IMG/VR virus record: IMGVR_UViG_2509601008_000001
Origin: a virus
DNA length: 33,868 bases
Strand: one strand, 5' to 3'
Under the pieces are notes generated by a model. It was not told the origin of the DNA. It saw only the letters and a list, made by a program, of their open reading frames with translations, and ran no database searches. Shown here in pieces: positions 1 to 7,146 of the stretch (the first letter of the stretch is position 1; each line of letters opens with the position of its first letter). A program made the translations under genes and the position numbers.

Positions 1-165
1 ATGTCACAAAACGCACGGATGGTTAGTTTCCTTGCACCGGCTTCACTCATAGAAGAGGTCGAGGCCCTGGTACAAGAAGGGACGTTCACTCACATGAGCG
101 ATGCCTGGCGAGGAGTATCAAGGAACGGAGTAGAGGTAGAACATGGCAGGAAAAAGAAGGTGTGA
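1..165 (+). CDS. Ribbon-helix-helix (CopG/Arc/MetJ-like) regulator, 54 aa
   Basis: Translated by hand: MSQNARMVSFLAPASLIEEVEALVQEGTFTHMSDAWRGVSRNGVEVEHGRKKKV. Strand-helix-helix pattern typical of archaeal RHH proteins. Not in the ORF track. Confidence 0.7.
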   Translation: MSQNARMVSFLAPASLIEEVEALVQEGTFTHMSDAWRGVSRNGVEVEHGRKKKV

Positions 166-391
166 AACAAAGTCCATCTCAATGGACGCGATCACAGAGG
201 AAAACCTAGACTATATCCTAGGTTCTCATTACTGCAACTCATTGGGTGCAAGTGCGTTCATTTGCGCTATTATCAATGAGCGTGCAGCGGAATTGAAGTT
301 AATTAACAGAATGGAAAAGGCCGCTGAAGTTGTCGTGCCACAGGGCTGGTACGGTGGATCGAGTGGTATAGTAGCAATAGCAGGAGTCTGA
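143..391 (+). CDS. Hypothetical protein, possible RHH DNA-binding protein
   Basis: RBS-like GAGGT upstream. KSISMD strand followed by two helices (ASAFICAIINERA). Confidence 0.55.
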   Translation: MAGKRRCETKSISMDAITEENLDYILGSHYCNSLGASAFICAIINERAAELKLINRMEKAAEVVVPQGWYGGSSGIVAIAGV

Positions 392-396
392 GCGAG

Positions 397-594
397 ATGT
401 CAAGAAGTGGAAAAACTGAGACTCGCTCATCTCCTACAACGCAGGAAGAGCAGATAAACCTATCTCAGGATGAGCTGGAAAAGCTGAGAGGGGATTATAG
501 TGACTGCTCTCTGGACTGGGAGCGCCAAGCACAGCAGGGGATCATCTCTCAGAGGGATCTTGCGGAAATCAAAGAACTGTTAGGGGTGGCATGA
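397..594 (+). CDS. Hypothetical protein
   Basis: 65-aa ORF tightly packed in the early operon. Confidence 0.6.
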   Translation: MSRSGKTETRSSPTTQEEQINLSQDELEKLRGDYSDCSLDWERQAQQGIISQRDLAEIKELLGVA

Positions 595-711
595 ATGGCT
601 AAGGCGTGTACATGTGGCGAATGCTCAGAATGTTTGGAGATCATGAGCAGAGAACAGGCAGAGACTAGAGACCGATATGAGAGAGGGCTGTCGGATTGGA
701 GGAACTACTAA
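595..711 (+). CDS. Cys-rich microprotein, 38 aa (CxCxxCxxC)
   Basis: Hand translation MAKACTCGECSECLEIMSREQAETRDRYERGLSDWRNY. Abuts the upstream stop and overlaps the next start (TAATG). Confidence 0.6.
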   Translation: MAKACTCGECSECLEIMSREQAETRDRYERGLSDWRNY

Positions 712-869
712 TGCCCTCCTTTGACCTACCTCTACTGCAAGAGAAGTATGTGCTACAACAGCATGAAATCGAGCTGCTCAAGAGGACAGTAGCGCACTTG
801 CAGAGGGAGAATACAATCATGCTGAGAGAGCTGGAAATCATCAAGAGCCAGAGAGGCACAACAGCATGA
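711..869 (+). CDS. Small coiled-coil protein, 52 aa
   Basis: Hand translation MPSFDLPLLQEKYVLQQHEIELLKRTVAHLQRENTIMLRELEIIKSQRGTTA. Coupled by TAATG and ATGA overlaps. Confidence 0.6.
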   Translation: MPSFDLPLLQEKYVLQQHEIELLKRTVAHLQRENTIMLRELEIIKSQRGTTA

Positions 870-1060
870 TAGGGCCCTCAAAGTGCTGGAGGTGTTCTAA
901 CTGTGATTCAAACAGGATATACCTCCGTACACGGACTAGAGACTATAGATGTTATTATTGTGGGTACATCATGGAAAATCCAAAGCAGTGCGATAGACGC
1001 GGCAATAATCCATCTGGCCCGTTGCCTCCTTCCCGAAATCTGCGGAGGGTAAAAGCATGA
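866..1060 (+). CDS. Zn-ribbon protein
   Basis: CSNCDSNRIYLR...YRCYYCG. ATGA coupling on both sides. Confidence 0.7.
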   Translation: MIGPSKCWRCSNCDSNRIYLRTRTRDYRCYYCGYIMENPKQCDRRGNNPSGPLPPSRNLRRVKA

Positions 1061-1374
1061 AGGTATGTCCAGAATGCAACTCTGCCAGGTTGTACAGGCG
1101 AATATTCGCAGCAGAGTACCGCTGTACAAAGTGCGGGCTGATATTCATTACTCCGAAAATAGTAGACGTACCCCGGGATTATAGCATCAGTACCGGAGTA
1201 CTCACTGCTATAGAGCGGAAGCAGAGGTTGGAAAAGATAGCCCAGGTACACAAAGCAAATCCCCACTACACCCGGACAGATCTTAAAATGGTTTGCTTTG
1301 AATCATACTATATGGTCAGCCGATACTGGAAAGAGGTGTACAATTCACAGATGACGATGAACAAAACGGGATAA
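1057..1374 (+). CDS. Zn-ribbon protein with possible C-terminal HTH
   Basis: CPECNSARLYRR...YRCTKCG, paralogous to 866-1060. Helical C-terminal part. Confidence 0.7.
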   Translation: MKVCPECNSARLYRRIFAAEYRCTKCGLIFITPKIVDVPRDYSISTGVLTAIERKQRLEKIAQVHKANPHYTRTDLKMVCFESYYMVSRYWKEVYNSQMTMNKTG

Positions 1375-1382
1375 ATCCAAAC

Positions 1383-1517
1383 GGGGAGCCCCTCCTCTCC
1401 CCTTAGTGCCGTGGCCAGTGCGTTTGAAGGCGCGGGGTGCGACTCCCTGCCTCGGCTTTTCCGCGTGGGGCTAGTTCTATTCCACTCCCCACCCACGCGG
1501 GCTTCCTTTGGGGAAAC
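1383..1517 (+). ncRNA. Putative structured RNA or leader: four adjacent hairpins, one tRNA-top-half-like
   Basis: GGGGAG/CTCCCC (1383-1402); GCCGTGG/CCTCGGC enclosing CGGGG-TGCGACT-CCCTG (1408-1456); perfect 9-bp CCGCGTGGG/CCCACGCGG (1461-1500); TTCC/GGAA (about 1503-1515). Confidence 0.45.
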
Positions 1518-1542
1518 GGGATAGAAAAGAAGGTGAAAGAAG

Positions 1543-1884
1543 ATGGAAGAAAGGATATGTATCAATGGAATTGAATACGAGCGTGTGAAACCGGTCGGTG
1601 AATTGCCATATGTAATTGCAAGAACATACTCGGCTGGCGTATTTGCCGGATACCTGAAAGAACGCAACGGAAAAGAAGGTACACTTCTCAACGCTAGGAG
1701 AATTTGGTATTGGGATGGTGCGGCATCTTTGTCACAGCTTGCTATGGAGGGTACATCGAAACCCACAAACTGCAAATTCCCCATAGCAGTTGAGCAGGTT
1801 GTGTTGACTGAGATTGTCGAAGTCCTCACTGTCACGCGTGCCGGTAAGAAGAGCATTGAAGAGGTGCCAGTATGGAAGAAATAA
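1543..1884 (+). CDS. DUF6948-like phage protein
   Basis: YVIARTYSAGVFAGYLKERNGKE...NARRIWYWDGAASLSQLAMEG..KP..CKFP closely matches this widespread phage family as recalled. AAGGTGA RBS. Confidence 0.8.
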   Translation: MEERICINGIEYERVKPVGELPYVIARTYSAGVFAGYLKERNGKEGTLLNARRIWYWDGAASLSQLAMEGTSKPTNCKFPIAVEQVVLTEIVEVLTVTRAGKKSIEEVPVWKK

Positions 1885-2150
1885 CCTCTGGATATGGCGA
1901 TGGCTATGGCGATGGCTATGGCTCTGGCCATGGCTCTGGCTATGGCCATGGCTCTGGCTCTGGCTGTGGCGATGGCACTGGCGATGGCTATGGCTCTGGA
2001 TATAGCGATGGCTCTGGCCATGGCTGTGGCGATGGCACTGGCTATGGCTCTGGCACTGGCTCTGGCTGTGGCTCTGGATATGGCGATGGCTATGGCGATG
2101 GCTATGGCGATGGCTATGGCACTAGTGACGATTCAGACAATGATGATTAG
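1872..2150 (+). CDS. Gly-X dipeptide repeat protein with acidic tail
   Basis: GYGDGYGSGHGSG... frame has a GAGGTG RBS at 1861-1866. Such Gly-rich ORFs commonly follow DUF6948 genes. Confidence 0.7.
   Translation: MEEITSGYGDGYGDGYGSGHGSGYGHGSGSGCGDGTGDGYGSGYSDGSGHGCGDGTGYGSGTGSGCGSGYGDGYGDGYGDGYGTSDDSDNDD
1887..2120 (+). repeat. Degenerate hexanucleotide tandem array (GGC-NNT)n
   Basis: ggctatggcgatggctctggccat... with 6-nt periodicity. Several reading frames are open across it. Confidence 0.9.
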
Positions 2151-2177
2151 GTGGACAATGTGACAAGGTGAAAGAAG

Positions 2178-2492
2178 ATGAAGAACGAGAACAAATACAC
2201 GGAATCCATCGTATATATGGAAATGGACAAGATCCTTGAGGGGATTGGAATCAGGCAACTACCTAACCCTGTGCCTCCTGCTCTGGTAGAGAGATTCAAG
2301 AGGGCAGTGCTGGCAAAGGTAAATGATAATACCGATACTGTCGCAATGGTCGGCCGGATGCCTGAGGCAATGGCTATGGTGGTAGCAGCAGCCCTTGCTC
2401 AGAGAGTTACTCGCTTTGAGTATGGCGGGTATAGCCAGGTCTCTCATGTGATTTTTGACTACAGTGAGCAATGCCCGGAGATGAGGGTATGA
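2178..2492 (+). CDS. Small alpha/beta protein, possibly Csx3/Crn3 (STAS-like) related
   Basis: AGGTGA RBS. Motif V-x-M-V-G-R-x-P...A-x-A-L...Y...VIFD recalls Csx3-like proteins. Family call is tentative. Confidence 0.4.
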   Translation: MKNENKYTESIVYMEMDKILEGIGIRQLPNPVPPALVERFKRAVLAKVNDNTDTVAMVGRMPEAMAMVVAAALAQRVTRFEYGGYSQVSHVIFDYSEQCPEMRV

Positions 2493-2863
2493 GCAGTGAC
2501 GCTGCTAGAGACCTAGCTCTCAAAATCAATACTCTCAGAGAGCAGGCTGAAGAGTACGAGGTAGTGCTTAGAGACCTCAGATATCAACACTGGCTCGATA
2601 TCGACACTAGCCAGAAAGAGCTGGGGCTGACTAACGAAACCAAGCGCAAGATGGCTCTTGAGCTAAGGCTAGAGACTGATGAAACGTACAGCAGGATAGC
2701 AAAGGAACTCCGGTATGGGGTCAATATGCTCAAATCATGTATTGACCAAGAAGAGCTAGACCTGCTAAGAGAGTACATCGAGGCAGATGAAAGGATATCA
2801 GAAGAAGATAAGCAAATGGATTTCAAGTATTTTGATGCTGTGGAAATATTACTAGGGATGTGA
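2489..2863 (+). CDS. Hypothetical coiled-coil protein
   Basis: ATGA-coupled start at 2489 preferred over 2471. Helical and acidic. Confidence 0.65.
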   Translation: MSSDAARDLALKINTLREQAEEYEVVLRDLRYQHWLDIDTSQKELGLTNETKRKMALELRLETDETYSRIAKELRYGVNMLKSCIDQEELDLLREYIEADERISEEDKQMDFKYFDAVEILLGM

Positions 2864-2868
2864 GGACA

Positions 2869-3753
2869 ATGGAACTGAGTGTTGATTTATTGAGCGAAAT
2901 GCTTACAGAGAGAGGATTTTACCCTGGGAACATGGGCAATGAGCACGTATGGAAAAACGTAATCAACGGGATACCCTATGCTGTGGATTTCAGAATAGGC
3001 AGCGTATTCCGCTATATGTACGGACAGAGAGAAGAGGACGTAGAAGATGAGGTACTAGCAGACCTGAAAACAGCTATCATAGCAGTAATGCAGGAGGCAA
3101 TAGGCGGGCAGGATGTACAGGCAACAGGGGCTACCAACCAAGAGCCAGAGATCCCACCCACTGAAACAATTGTAACTCAAGAAGATAAGCCTACCGTAGT
3201 GCCTGCGAAAGTACCTCAGAAACCAGCGACTCGTAAGCTGTCCAACGAGGACCTCACTAAAGACAATATCAGACAGTATCTATGCCCAGCTGCTACAGAT
3301 CAGGAAATATTCATGTTCCTCCAGTTATGCGAACATAGAAATTTGAATCCGTTTATCAAAGAAGCATATCTTGTGAAATATAATAATTCTCCTGCAACCT
3401 TGATTGTAGGAAAGGACGCATTCACCAAGAAAGCAGAGGAGCATCCACAGTTTGACGGATTTGAGGCCGGAATTGTAATTGAGAGATCTGGTAAGGTCGA
3501 GTACAGGGCAGGTCAACTAGTTCGGCCTGGCGAAATACTCATAGGCGGCTGGGCTGAGGTGCACAGGAAGGACAGGCAATACCCTTACAGGTCTGAGGTG
3601 TCTATGCAAGAGTATAATACCAACCAGTCCTCCTGGAAGAAATTGCCTGCTACTATGATCCGCAAAGTGGCTCTGGTACAGGCGCTTAGAGAGGCTTTCC
3701 CCTCAGATCTGGGCGGGTGCTACGATTCAGCAGAGATGGGGGAGGTGGTGTGA
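2869..3753 (+). CDS. bet: Phage single-strand annealing recombinase, Bet/RecT family, with N-terminal extension
   Basis: CPAATDQEIFMFLQLC...LNPFIKEAYLVKY...IVGKDAF...GGWAEVHRKD...W.KLPATMIRKVALVQALREAFP. Confidence 0.9.
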   Translation: MELSVDLLSEMLTERGFYPGNMGNEHVWKNVINGIPYAVDFRIGSVFRYMYGQREEDVEDEVLADLKTAIIAVMQEAIGGQDVQATGATNQEPEIPPTETIVTQEDKPTVVPAKVPQKPATRKLSNEDLTKDNIRQYLCPAATDQEIFMFLQLCEHRNLNPFIKEAYLVKYNNSPATLIVGKDAFTKKAEEHPQFDGFEAGIVIERSGKVEYRAGQLVRPGEILIGGWAEVHRKDRQYPYRSEVSMQEYNTNQSSWKKLPATMIRKVALVQALREAFPSDLGGCYDSAEMGEVV

Positions 3754-3909
3754 ATGCATACATATCAATGCTGTGGTTGCCAATTCATGTCAATTCCATG
3801 CAAATTAATTACATGCGACGACGGGGTACTGTTTCCTGACACTTGCCCGATGACCGGGATAAACTATGTTTTCATCGAACTGTGTGGAGAAGAGGAGGGA
3901 ATGAAATGA
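3754..3909 (+). CDS. Cys-rich microprotein, 51 aa
   Basis: Hand translation MHTYQCCGCQFMSIPCKLITCDDGVLFPDTCPMTG... GGAGGTGG RBS; ATGA coupling to the next ORF. Confidence 0.6.
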   Translation: MHTYQCCGCQFMSIPCKLITCDDGVLFPDTCPMTGINYVFIELCGEEEGMK

Positions 3910-4088
3910 TATGCCCACTTCTTTCTTCTTCACATTTTACAAACTGTCAAACATCCAGATGTGGGTGGTGGGATGAAATCCGGCAATGCTGTGCGATTAT
4001 TCCAGCGAATTTCGGACACATGATGAAACAGGCAGCGAAAGCTAGGCTGGACAGTGATGCAGAGCTTAGCGGGGGTGCTCCTGAATGA
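3906..4088 (+). CDS. Cys-rich small phage protein
   Basis: MICP...C....CGWW......CAI motif. Start moved to the ATGA-coupled ATG at 3906. Confidence 0.65.
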   Translation: MICPLLSSSHFTNCQTSRCGWWDEIRQCCAIIPANFGHMMKQAAKARLDSDAELSGGAPE

Positions 4089-4273
4089 GCCCAGAGGAAT
4101 ACATGGACAAGAGAGAGCTCCTGCTCAAGCAGCAACGCAGATGCAAAAACGATGAGGACAGGGCAAGGCTGCAAGCAAAAATAGAGAAGCTCGATAGCAC
4201 ATTTGAGAATGGGTTTTTCAGAAGGGATATAGGTAGACCCGAGCAGAAGTTGACTCAGTACGGGGTGGTGTGA
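4085..4273 (+). CDS. Hypothetical coiled-coil protein
   Basis: ATGA-coupled 62-aa ORF. Confidence 0.6.
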   Translation: MSPEEYMDKRELLLKQQRRCKNDEDRARLQAKIEKLDSTFENGFFRRDIGRPEQKLTQYGVV

Positions 4274-4837
4274 ATGGATCTCTACAAAATAATCTGTCCG
4301 TATTGCAAGCATGAGCAGATGCCTTTCGGATATGAAAAGGAAGGCTACGGAGCGGTGATATGTGAGGAGTGTGGACAGCCATATGTGAATCAGACTACAC
4401 GGACAATAGCATATCACTCCTATGCTCTGGTAGGCATTGGGCCGCAGGAAGAGCCAGCCCTTCCTACAAAAGAAGAGGTACAAGAAGCCAGCGAGGCGGA
4501 CAGAAAGCAGCAGTTCTCAGAAGTGAAACAGAAACTCGAAGAGATTCTGCTGATCTCTGAAGATTCGCCCAGGGCGCTGATCTCTGAAGTTTCGCCCTGG
4601 GTACAAACCCCCGGACACAAAAACGGTATGTACAGAATTGATGGGGAATATGTAGAGGTAAGATACCTATCAAGCCACCCAGTGAGGACCACTCTAGCAG
4701 ACATACACATGCTATGCGAGGAGAGCAACCCCACTGAAGCAATAAACTCCCTGCTAGGCACAACACAGGATACGAGAAACACTGCAGCACTGAATTTTTT
4801 TATCAAAGCTGTGAAAAGAGGAGACGTGATTTTATGA
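4274..4837 (+). CDS. Zn-ribbon-containing hypothetical protein
   Basis: N-terminal CPYC...CEECG. GGTGG RBS. Confidence 0.7.
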   Translation: MDLYKIICPYCKHEQMPFGYEKEGYGAVICEECGQPYVNQTTRTIAYHSYALVGIGPQEEPALPTKEEVQEASEADRKQQFSEVKQKLEEILLISEDSPRALISEVSPWVQTPGHKNGMYRIDGEYVEVRYLSSHPVRTTLADIHMLCEESNPTEAINSLLGTTQDTRNTAALNFFIKAVKRGDVIL

Positions 4838-4968
4838 GCTCGGAACCATGCCCTAGGCACACACAGTGCAGTTACAAGGAGAAGGGGGCTCACTGCCTCC
4901 TGGACAGAGGTGGGGACTGCTATAGGTGGTTTGTCTCTGCTTCCAGGTACGTAGATGAGGAGGTCTAA
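4834..4968 (+). CDS. Cys/His microprotein, 44 aa
   Basis: Hand translation MSSEPCPRHTQCSYKEKGAHCLLDRGGDCYRWF... ATGA coupling. Confidence 0.55.
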   Translation: MSSEPCPRHTQCSYKEKGAHCLLDRGGDCYRWFVSASRYVDEEV

Positions 4969-4969
4969 T

Positions 4970-5113
4970 ATGACCTCTTCTACTACACCAGCTGTATCAG
5001 AGTGCAAGCACAGCAAGAAGTGCAGTAGATACGATCCAGAGAGCTACACATGCACACGTGGAGAGAGCGACTACTGCGGACACTACAAGGCAATTAAGGG
5101 GTTAAGAGTATGA
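4970..5113 (+). CDS. Cys/His microprotein, 47 aa
   Basis: Hand translation MTSSTTPAVSECKHSKKCSRYDPESYTCTRGESDYCGHYK... GAGGAGGT RBS. Confidence 0.6.
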   Translation: MTSSTTPAVSECKHSKKCSRYDPESYTCTRGESDYCGHYKAIKGLRV

Positions 5114-5316
5114 TCTTCACATTCAAAAATAAATACAGTGGACAGGATGAGCAGTACGAAGTGTCAGACAGCCTGTGCGAGTACAAGGGGATCACTCCTA
5201 GTGCTCCTGTGGTGATGGAAACAGACACAGCATACGTATTAGAGCCAGAGAAAGGGAAGCGAGCGTACTTGAACAAAGCACACTGCAAGAAGGTGATTCT
5301 ATATGAGAGAGTTTAA
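5110..5316 (+). CDS. Hypothetical protein
   Basis: ATGA-coupled 68-aa ORF. Confidence 0.6.
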   Translation: MIFTFKNKYSGQDEQYEVSDSLCEYKGITPSAPVVMETDTAYVLEPEKGKRAYLNKAHCKKVILYERV

Positions 5317-5722
5317 ATTTAGAGCATGGGATGAGAAAAACAGTAAAATGTATTATTCTGATAATCTTCCAGCTAATTATTACTTTGGTCACGATGGGAA
5401 CAATAAAATATATTTTTCCGGTGATGTGTGGGATAACGACGAACAAATGTATTATAGAGATACTATATCCTCGGATGCTATGCAGTTCACCGGACAACAT
5501 GATAAAAATGGAAAAGAAATTTACGAGGGCGATGTCGTGGAAGTGGGGGAGTGGAGAGAAAAAGTAGACGAAATCGGATCTCATTGGAAATGGTATGTGT
5601 ACGTCGTGTCTTATTGCGATCAACGATGGTTGCCGGACGACTTAGACGAGGCACGGATCATCGGTAATATCTATGAAAACCCTGAACTCCTCAAGGCACT
5701 AACAGGAGGGATGAATATATGA
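5303..5722 (+). CDS. yopX: YopX family protein
   Basis: MREFKFRAWD...MQFTG..DKNGKEIYEGDVV...IIGNIYENPELL is the YopX signature. Confidence 0.9.
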   Translation: MREFKFRAWDEKNSKMYYSDNLPANYYFGHDGNNKIYFSGDVWDNDEQMYYRDTISSDAMQFTGQHDKNGKEIYEGDVVEVGEWREKVDEIGSHWKWYVYVVSYCDQRWLPDDLDEARIIGNIYENPELLKALTGGMNI

Positions 5723-5889
5723 GCACAATATATAGACCGTGCCCGGAGTGCGGCAGCCCAGTGGAGAGTGATACCGTCAAAGCTAAATGCATTCAGACCT
5801 ATATATGTAGTGTATGTGCAGCGCAGCTTTGGCTAATTCAGACTCCTCTTTTCGACAAACTCATTACTGCACAGGTGGGGAGAAAATGA
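5719..5889 (+). CDS. Zn-ribbon microprotein, 56 aa
   Basis: Hand translation MSTIYRPCPECGSPV...YICSVC... ATGA coupling on both sides. Confidence 0.65.
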   Translation: MSTIYRPCPECGSPVESDTVKAKCIQTYICSVCAAQLWLIQTPLFDKLITAQVGRK

Positions 5890-6158
5890 TCTCACTATCT
5901 GAGTCTGAGTTTATTACCAGAGAAGAGTTTGAGGTGGCCTTGGATGCTGCTGTGCTACAAACCTGCAGAGAAATAGCAGACGATAGAAAGCGAATTACTG
6001 TGCTAGAATCCTTCGCACATGGAGTATTCAACGTACTGTTTATGAAGTTCAGAGGAGTAAGAGATATACTAGATGTCAAAGTCAGGCAATATCTCCCAGG
6101 GTTTGAACTCCAAAACTCTACCGAATCTCTACAGGAGGAGATTAGCGCAGAAACGTAG
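5886..6158 (+). CDS. Hypothetical protein
   Basis: Start moved to the ATGA-coupled ATG at 5886 (MISLSESEFITREEFE...). Confidence 0.6.
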   Translation: MISLSESEFITREEFEVALDAAVLQTCREIADDRKRITVLESFAHGVFNVLFMKFRGVRDILDVKVRQYLPGFELQNSTESLQEEISAET

Positions 6159-6286
6159 TACTACACTGTAGTACTACACTGTTTAGAAAGTCGGCAAAGA
6201 AAACCTACATCGGTTGACATTGTCGAGTGTAGTAAGGAGTGGATACTATATTGCTGTAAAGCAATGTAGTACTACGTAGTACTACA
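6155..6286. repeat. Four copies of the 10-bp palindrome GTAGTACTAC in two pairs (operator or origin candidate)
   Basis: Copies at 6155-6164, 6168-6177, 6266-6275 and 6276-6285. 6265-6286 is a perfect 22-bp palindrome. Half-site at 6227-6234. Confidence 0.9.
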
Positions 6287-6322
6287 CGGTTGCAGAAAAA
6301 AACCCTTCTAGATTGGAGGAAA

Positions 6323-6775
6323 ATGTATCAAAAATCGCATGTTTCGTCTGTTAGGATCAATCCATCGTTGAAAGAATGGTTTGAAGGTACACAAACTATT
6401 CACCATTATGCTCTCTCAGATGCTATGGAGCAAGGCATACTCCACATCCTAAGCAACTATGTCCCTGTATCCGTTTTAGAAAAACAAATACACGAAACCC
6501 GAAAGAAACTTGCAGAACTCGAAAACGCATTGGTCAATGCGAAACACGTAGAAGCAGAAACAATGAAACAGCTAGAGAAGGAAGATCCCTCTACAGCATA
6601 TACAGATATTAGAGAGCAGATCTTCATAGATGATGGCCCAGGTACTATACTAAGAATGCTCAAAAAGAATCAGTCGCCTGCATGGGACAGGGTCTGTCAT
6701 AAGTACGGTTTCTCAAGCTCAAGGGAAATGGAACAGTTCGTTAGGCTAGAAGCATCAAGGAGGGGATTGATATGA
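6323..6775 (+). CDS. Putative DNA-binding protein (RHH-like N-terminus plus coiled coil)
   Basis: GGAGG RBS before ATG 6323. SSVRINPSLKEWF...LSDAMEQGILHIL followed by a heptad region. Confidence 0.55.
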   Translation: MYQKSHVSSVRINPSLKEWFEGTQTIHHYALSDAMEQGILHILSNYVPVSVLEKQIHETRKKLAELENALVNAKHVEAETMKQLEKEDPSTAYTDIREQIFIDDGPGTILRMLKKNQSPAWDRVCHKYGFSSSREMEQFVRLEASRRGLI

Positions 6776-7146
6776 CCTCTCTCTATAATGCTGTTCTGGA
6801 GATACTAGAAACTCCCATGACTCGCTCAGCAATAATGAATGAATTGTACAGATATAACATATCAGCAGCAGTCACTCAAAGCGGATTCGTCAAAGGATAT
6901 CTAGACGCTCTTGTGGATCTAGGTCATCTCTACGTAATCGGTACAGTCCAACGGATGAGAATGTACTCCAAACATCCTGCGAAAGAATATGCTCACAGAC
7001 GCTGTCCGTACTGTCAGACTAATATATTGATATTCGACACAGATACAGGCAGCAAGTACTCCTGCCCCAAGTGCAAGGAAGAATTAGTAGTCGTGATGAC
7101 GTTCAAAGACGGAGTGCAACTACACCCAGCGGAGGGGGTACAATGA
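6772..7146 (+). CDS. Putative winged-HTH plus Zn-ribbon protein
   Basis: LEILETPMTRSAIMNEL...GYLDALVDLGHL, then CPYC...CPKC. Confidence 0.6.
   Translation: MTSLYNAVLEILETPMTRSAIMNELYRYNISAAVTQSGFVKGYLDALVDLGHLYVIGTVQRMRMYSKHPAKEYAHRRCPYCQTNILIFDTDTGSKYSCPKCKEELVVVMTFKDGVQLHPAEGVQ

Noticed and set aside
1408-1456. Bona fide tRNA gene or tRNA-derived attP
   Set aside because: No D or anticodon arm, the loop is TGCGACT rather than TTCRAAT, and it is far from the integrase. Kept only as a tRNA-like structure.
1894-2163. MAMAMALA ORF and the antisense MARAIAI ORF (1308-2021)
   Set aside because: Frame shadows of the hexamer repeat. Only the Gly frame has a good RBS and fits the known DUF6948 linkage.
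6155-6286. Mini CRISPR array
   Set aside because: Repeats are only 10-13 bp, with no regular 30-40 bp spacers.
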